The notes under the pieces are model-generated. The model was not told where the DNA came from, did no database searches, and saw only the letters and a list, made by a program, of their open reading frames with translations. This document shows, piece by piece, positions 16,264 to 20,000 of a stretch of 20,000 nucleotides of DNA. The position numbers were made by a program, and so were the translations under genes. The stretch is from an uncultured virus (IMG/VR IMGVR_UViG_3300027771_000010) (taxonomy: Duplodnaviria > Heunggongvirae > Uroviricota > Caudoviricetes): the IMG/VR virus record IMGVR_UViG_3300027771_000010, one strand, 5' to 3'. The first letter of the stretch is position 1. Each line of letters opens with the position of its first letter.

Positions 16264-17344
16264 TTTGATTAACAATAGAAGAGAATTCCAAGGACAGAAC
16301 GTTGTAACACCTTGGGACAGACTTAAAAGGTTTATGTTTGAAGCATACCCAATAATTAGAACATCTGTTAAAATTACAACCCAAGAAGAGCTATTAGCGT
16401 TTGCCTCAAAACACAAAGGTACAGCAGATATGGCTTGGATTGTATTTGATGAGATGGAAGCTAATCCAACTTTTCCTTGGCATTACAGACCAACAGATAT
16501 TGGTAAAACTGTAATACATACATTTCCAAGAGTAGTTAAAAGAACAAACAGAGCGGTTAGTTGGGGCGACATTCATTTAGTTCCCACTAATGGAGTAGCA
16601 CATGGTATAGTAGAAAATAAACTTGTATCAAGTTACCATATAGCAGAGTTTGATATCTTTATGATTAGTTATCATGAAGCAGAAGCAGATGAGAACTTTC
16701 AAAAATTAAGAAATAGATTTAAAGATGCACAACACGTTAAAAATGTTGAAGGCATAGGTAATGCACATAAAGCAGTAGGCGACTTAGCAAAATCAGAAAT
16801 GGTTTATGTAGTAGATGCTGATGCTGATATGATGAATCACTTTAGCTTTGATTTTATTCCACCAATGAGTAAACGTAAGAATACAACATATGTTTGGTCT
16901 GCTAGAAATCCAGTAAATGACTTACAATATGGATATGGCGGTGTTAAACTATTTCCAAGAAGTCAACTTAGAACACTAGGACATGTGTTACCTGACTTTA
17001 CAACAGGAGCTAGTTTTTATCAACCAATTAGTGATGTATCAAACATAACAAGATTTAATAAAGACCCATATAGAACATGGCGTAGTGCATTCCGTGAATG
17101 TGTTAAACTTGCAAGTAGTGTTAATCCTAATCAACGACAAATAGAAACAGACGCAAGATTAGAAACATGGTGTACTGTTGACAATGGTGCTCGTTTTGGA
17201 CGTTATTGTCTTAAAGGTGCATTAGAAGGAAAAGCATATGGTCTTGAACATAAAGACAGCGTAGAAAATCTTAACAAAATTAATGACTACGAATGGTTAC
17301 GTGAACAATTTGTAGCTAGTATGAAGAAGAAAGTTAAGGAATAA
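16256..17344 (+). CDS. Glycosyltransferase-like phage protein (362 aa from ATG 16256)
   Basis: ATG 16256 overlaps the upstream stop and is preferred to GTG 16229. Motifs FDIFMISYHE, VKNVEGIGNAH, DxD motif YVVDADA, YGYGGVKLFP and WRSAFRECVKL. Confidence 0.7.
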   Translation: MINLINNRREFQGQNVVTPWDRLKRFMFEAYPIIRTSVKITTQEELLAFASKHKGTADMAWIVFDEMEANPTFPWHYRPTDIGKTVIHTFPRVVKRTNRAVSWGDIHLVPTNGVAHGIVENKLVSSYHIAEFDIFMISYHEAEADENFQKLRNRFKDAQHVKNVEGIGNAHKAVGDLAKSEMVYVVDADADMMNHFSFDFIPPMSKRKNTTYVWSARNPVNDLQYGYGGVKLFPRSQLRTLGHVLPDFTTGASFYQPISDVSNITRFNKDPYRTWRSAFRECVKLASSVNPNQRQIETDARLETWCTVDNGARFGRYCLKGALEGKAYGLEHKDSVENLNKINDYEWLREQFVASMKKKVKE

Positions 17345-17346
17345 AC

Positions 17347-17631
17347 ATGATAAGGTGGTTTAAAGAATCCAAGCATCATCTTAACGTTGAAACTGGATGG
17401 GGATACTTTTATCACTTATGGCACAGTATAAAAAATAGTTGGTCTCTTATCATAATTGCTTTTAAAAGCGTAGTACATGGACTGCTCCCATTTATGTGGA
17501 AAGCAGATGCACCCAAGGGTGTAATTAAAATGTATCATCAAATTATGCGTATCCAACATATCAAAGATATGGACGAATTAAGGAAGAAACCAAAAAATGA
17601 GCGATATAAATCTACTACCACTACTGAATAG
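17347..17631 (+). CDS. Small His/aromatic-rich protein, DUF6356-like
   Basis: AAGGA RBS. HL...GYFYHL...VHGLLPF spacing resembles the H...YxxH...VHAxxPF pattern of DUF6356 (recollection). Confidence 0.6.
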   Translation: MIRWFKESKHHLNVETGWGYFYHLWHSIKNSWSLIIIAFKSVVHGLLPFMWKADAPKGVIKMYHQIMRIQHIKDMDELRKKPKNERYKSTTTTE

Positions 17632-18175
17632 TTACGGAGATATATTTGAATTAGATTACAAATTTGATTCTGAAAAAGTTATCAACGAATTAGAACAGTT
17701 AGAATGGGAAGCCGGACCTAATGGAAAGTTTGGTTTAAATCTTACAGGACCATTAGGCGACTTATCTTTAGATTCTAAAGACAAGCACAACGAGAACCAG
17801 GGCTATAACCAAAATCTTGGTCAATGTCCAAGTCTTATGGAATTCTTTGTAGAGTGGGAAAATTTAGCTAGATGCAGGGCTGCAAAAATGTCTGCAGGTA
17901 GTTTCTTTAGTATGCATAGAGATGCATTTAGAATGAACCCACAAATTAGAATTTTTATTCCATTAAACAAAACAGCCGTAAACGAATGGAACTTTATATA
18001 CGAAGATAAGCGTGTAGAGTTCAAGCCAGGTGTACCGTATATATTAAATACAAGAAAACAACATGGAAGTTTTGCAATGGCTGATGGCATATATCATATA
18101 TTGATGAGTGTATTCTTAACTGAAAGTAATTTAAAGACAATTATTAGTATGTTACCAAACTGTAAGGAGAATTAA
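17597..18175 (+). CDS. 2OG-Fe(II) oxygenase, aspartyl/asparaginyl beta-hydroxylase-like
   Basis: HxD (MHRD), RIFIPL, and distal His in YILNTRKQHGS: double-stranded beta-helix facial triad. Confidence 0.8.
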   Translation: MSDINLLPLLNSYGDIFELDYKFDSEKVINELEQLEWEAGPNGKFGLNLTGPLGDLSLDSKDKHNENQGYNQNLGQCPSLMEFFVEWENLARCRAAKMSAGSFFSMHRDAFRMNPQIRIFIPLNKTAVNEWNFIYEDKRVEFKPGVPYILNTRKQHGSFAMADGIYHILMSVFLTESNLKTIISMLPNCKEN

Positions 18176-18176
18176 T

Positions 18177-19130
18177 ATGAAACAAAAAACAGATAAAAAT
18201 TATAACAGTGGCGAGAAGATTGCTGATCTTGTAGATGCAGTTAAAAACTCTGACTATAAACATCAAGCGGGTAATACACAAGCTGACACATCATACAAAG
18301 ATGAACTGTATAGCGACAAACAGATGGAAAACCATAACAAAATGGATAACATCTTTAAAGTAAATGGAGTTCCAAGTCGATGGGAGCATAATAAATTACA
18401 TGCAGATTGGCACTTTGATCCTTTTGCTGATCCACATGAAGAAACATTTGTAATACCTTGTAGATTTGTAGGAGATTTTAGTGAGGCAGTACAGCATGCA
18501 TTAAAAACTGCAAAAGAAATGACTATAGGAAATTATAGACAGCGTAATTTAAGTAAACAAGATAAAGATTTACATGATGGCGAAATACAAGATGTTATAC
18601 TTGCTTCTGGTAAAGAAGACGTAAGTAGTATGTATTATGACAAAATTGTTGGAGCAACATTTGATAAAGATGGAGAGAATTACTTTGCAAGACGTAATGA
18701 ATCTCCAGAGTATGAAATACTACTTAGAATGATAGATGCATTAGGTGTAGATGTTCACCAATCTAGATTACACATTCAAAGACTAGGACAAGTTACTCCT
18801 ATTCACATTGATCAGCAAATGAGATATGCTAGGCCAGGTTGGCGTAAAATATGGACTGACGCAGGTGCAGATAAAAAACCTTTAAAGTTAAGAAGATTTT
18901 TAGTCATGCTTCAAGATTGGGATTACGGTCACGTATGGCAATTTGGTAACACTTATTATCAAGGATACAAAGCAGGTGAGTGTATAACATACGATTGGTG
19001 TAATATGCCACACGGAACAGCTAACTTTGGATATACACCTAGAGTTACGTTTCAGTTTACTGGATTCATTAATGACAAGATACAACACATGATCGACAAT
19101 CCAGATAAAAATAGAATCATTGAAGTATGA
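18177..19130 (+). CDS. 2OG-Fe(II) oxygenase with N-terminal extension (317 aa)
   Basis: GQVTPIHID (HxD), RFLVMLQDWDYGH, PHGTANFGYTPRVTFQFTG (distal His plus a candidate 2OG-binding Arg). AAGGAG RBS. Confidence 0.8.
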   Translation: MKQKTDKNYNSGEKIADLVDAVKNSDYKHQAGNTQADTSYKDELYSDKQMENHNKMDNIFKVNGVPSRWEHNKLHADWHFDPFADPHEETFVIPCRFVGDFSEAVQHALKTAKEMTIGNYRQRNLSKQDKDLHDGEIQDVILASGKEDVSSMYYDKIVGATFDKDGENYFARRNESPEYEILLRMIDALGVDVHQSRLHIQRLGQVTPIHIDQQMRYARPGWRKIWTDAGADKKPLKLRRFLVMLQDWDYGHVWQFGNTYYQGYKAGECITYDWCNMPHGTANFGYTPRVTFQFTGFINDKIQHMIDNPDKNRIIEV

Positions 19131-19942
19131 CAATTGAACGACCATTTACGCAGATGACAGAACAAGAAAAGTTAGAATGGACCTTTCGAGAAAAACTAGT
19201 AAAACAAAAAAGACAACCAAATACTACAGTAGAAGAGTATGGGCATGACAACGGCAGTAGATCTATTGTAGGAAAAACAGGATCAGATGCTTGGACCGGT
19301 GGAGCAGTACAAACTATAGACTGGACTTTACCAGAGAATCAATTTAATTATACGTGGAATAAAAATGGTTATAGAGGACCAGATGATAATGGAGATGTAG
19401 ATATTATTTTTGCTGGTAGTAGTTTAACAATGGGAACAGGTGTTCCTTATGAAAAAACTTATCCACACCTCGTCTCAGAAAGACTTAATTTTAAACATAT
19501 TAATATAAGTGATTTTGATACACTATTAGATTTAACAGATAGTTTACTTGACTTTAAGCATTTAACTCCAAAGTATGTTATACTAAGTGATTGTTGGGCA
19601 ATTAATAGTACTGCCTGGTTAATGAGATTTTGGTTAAGACAAGAAAAAGATGAAAAAGTTAAAAATCTTATTAGAGAAACCTTTAAACAAAGTAACAGTA
19701 AAATATTTCAACTATTTGATTTAGCATTAATGCAAGCATTTCCAAATGCAAAGTATTATATATTAGAACCCGATGAAAGAAGAAAATATTGGTTTTATAA
19801 TTATCAACCAATACATATCAAGTCAATTCTTTATAGAAAAGAAGAAATGCTAGATTTAGGTAGGGATCAAATACATCCAGGACCTAACACTCATAATTAT
19901 CTAGCAGATAAAATATTAACAGAACTTAACAAAGGCATATAA
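19127..19942 (+). CDS. SGNH/GDSL-like hydrolase or acyltransferase
   Basis: ATGA overlap with the upstream gene. N..GYRG, block I FAGSSLTMG and C-terminal DQIHPG (DxxH). Confidence 0.7.
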   Translation: MTIERPFTQMTEQEKLEWTFREKLVKQKRQPNTTVEEYGHDNGSRSIVGKTGSDAWTGGAVQTIDWTLPENQFNYTWNKNGYRGPDDNGDVDIIFAGSSLTMGTGVPYEKTYPHLVSERLNFKHINISDFDTLLDLTDSLLDFKHLTPKYVILSDCWAINSTAWLMRFWLRQEKDEKVKNLIRETFKQSNSKIFQLFDLALMQAFPNAKYYILEPDERRKYWFYNYQPIHIKSILYRKEEMLDLGRDQIHPGPNTHNYLADKILTELNKGI

Positions 19943-20000
19943 TGGAATACCAAGGTGAAGACTTAATAATAGTTGCAGGAGCTCCAGGTTCTAGATGGAG
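19942..20000 (+). CDS. 5' fragment of a P-loop/sulfotransferase-like protein (runs off the window)
   Basis: TAATG coupling. MEYQGEDLIIVAGAPGSRW has a beta strand followed by GxPGS, like the 5'-PSB/P-loop of sulfotransferases and kinases. Only 19 codons are visible. Confidence 0.5.
   Translation, partial: MEYQGEDLIIVAGAPGSRW

Noticed and set aside
1..20000. Alternative genetic code, introns/inteins, tRNA or rRNA genes
   Set aside because: Genes are long and abut under the standard code. No interrupted ORFs, homing endonuclease motifs or cloverleaf-like sequences were seen in the short intergenic gaps.

Overview
AT-rich DNA that reads as the late/structural region of a large tailed phage, most likely a T4-superfamily-type marine myovirus or jumbo phage (inference from gene types and a TAAATA late-promoter box in nearly every intergenic gap). 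Left end: the 3' part of an uncharacterised gene (<2-1042) converges, at a bidirectional terminator, on a small minus-strand operon (60 aa, 145 aa membrane-anchored protein, and a 54-aa C2HC zinc-finger ORF missing from the ORF track). 2260-14788: five virion fibre/structural genes (PKD-repeat protein, 401-aa structural protein, ~1588-aa Ala/Thr coiled-coil fibre, 750-aa fibre with C-terminal S74 chaperone domain, 235-aa fibre-like protein) that share sequence modules. 14888-15070: a separately expressed 60-aa Ser/Thr/Gly peptide. 15187->20000: a tightly coupled operon of tailoring enzymes (two glycosyltransferase-like proteins, two 2OG-Fe(II) oxygenases, an SGNH-like protein, start of a P-loop/sulfotransferase-like gene). 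Its promoter region has a late box, a 14-bp hairpin and a perfect sigma70 promoter interlocked. Leading hypothesis: a phage-encoded system that hydroxylates, glycosylates, acylates or sulfates virion fibres or a small peptide. Other points of interest are a multi-hairpin 5' leader on the giant fibre gene and identical DNA modules shared between fibre genes. All family calls come from motif recognition by eye; no database search was run.
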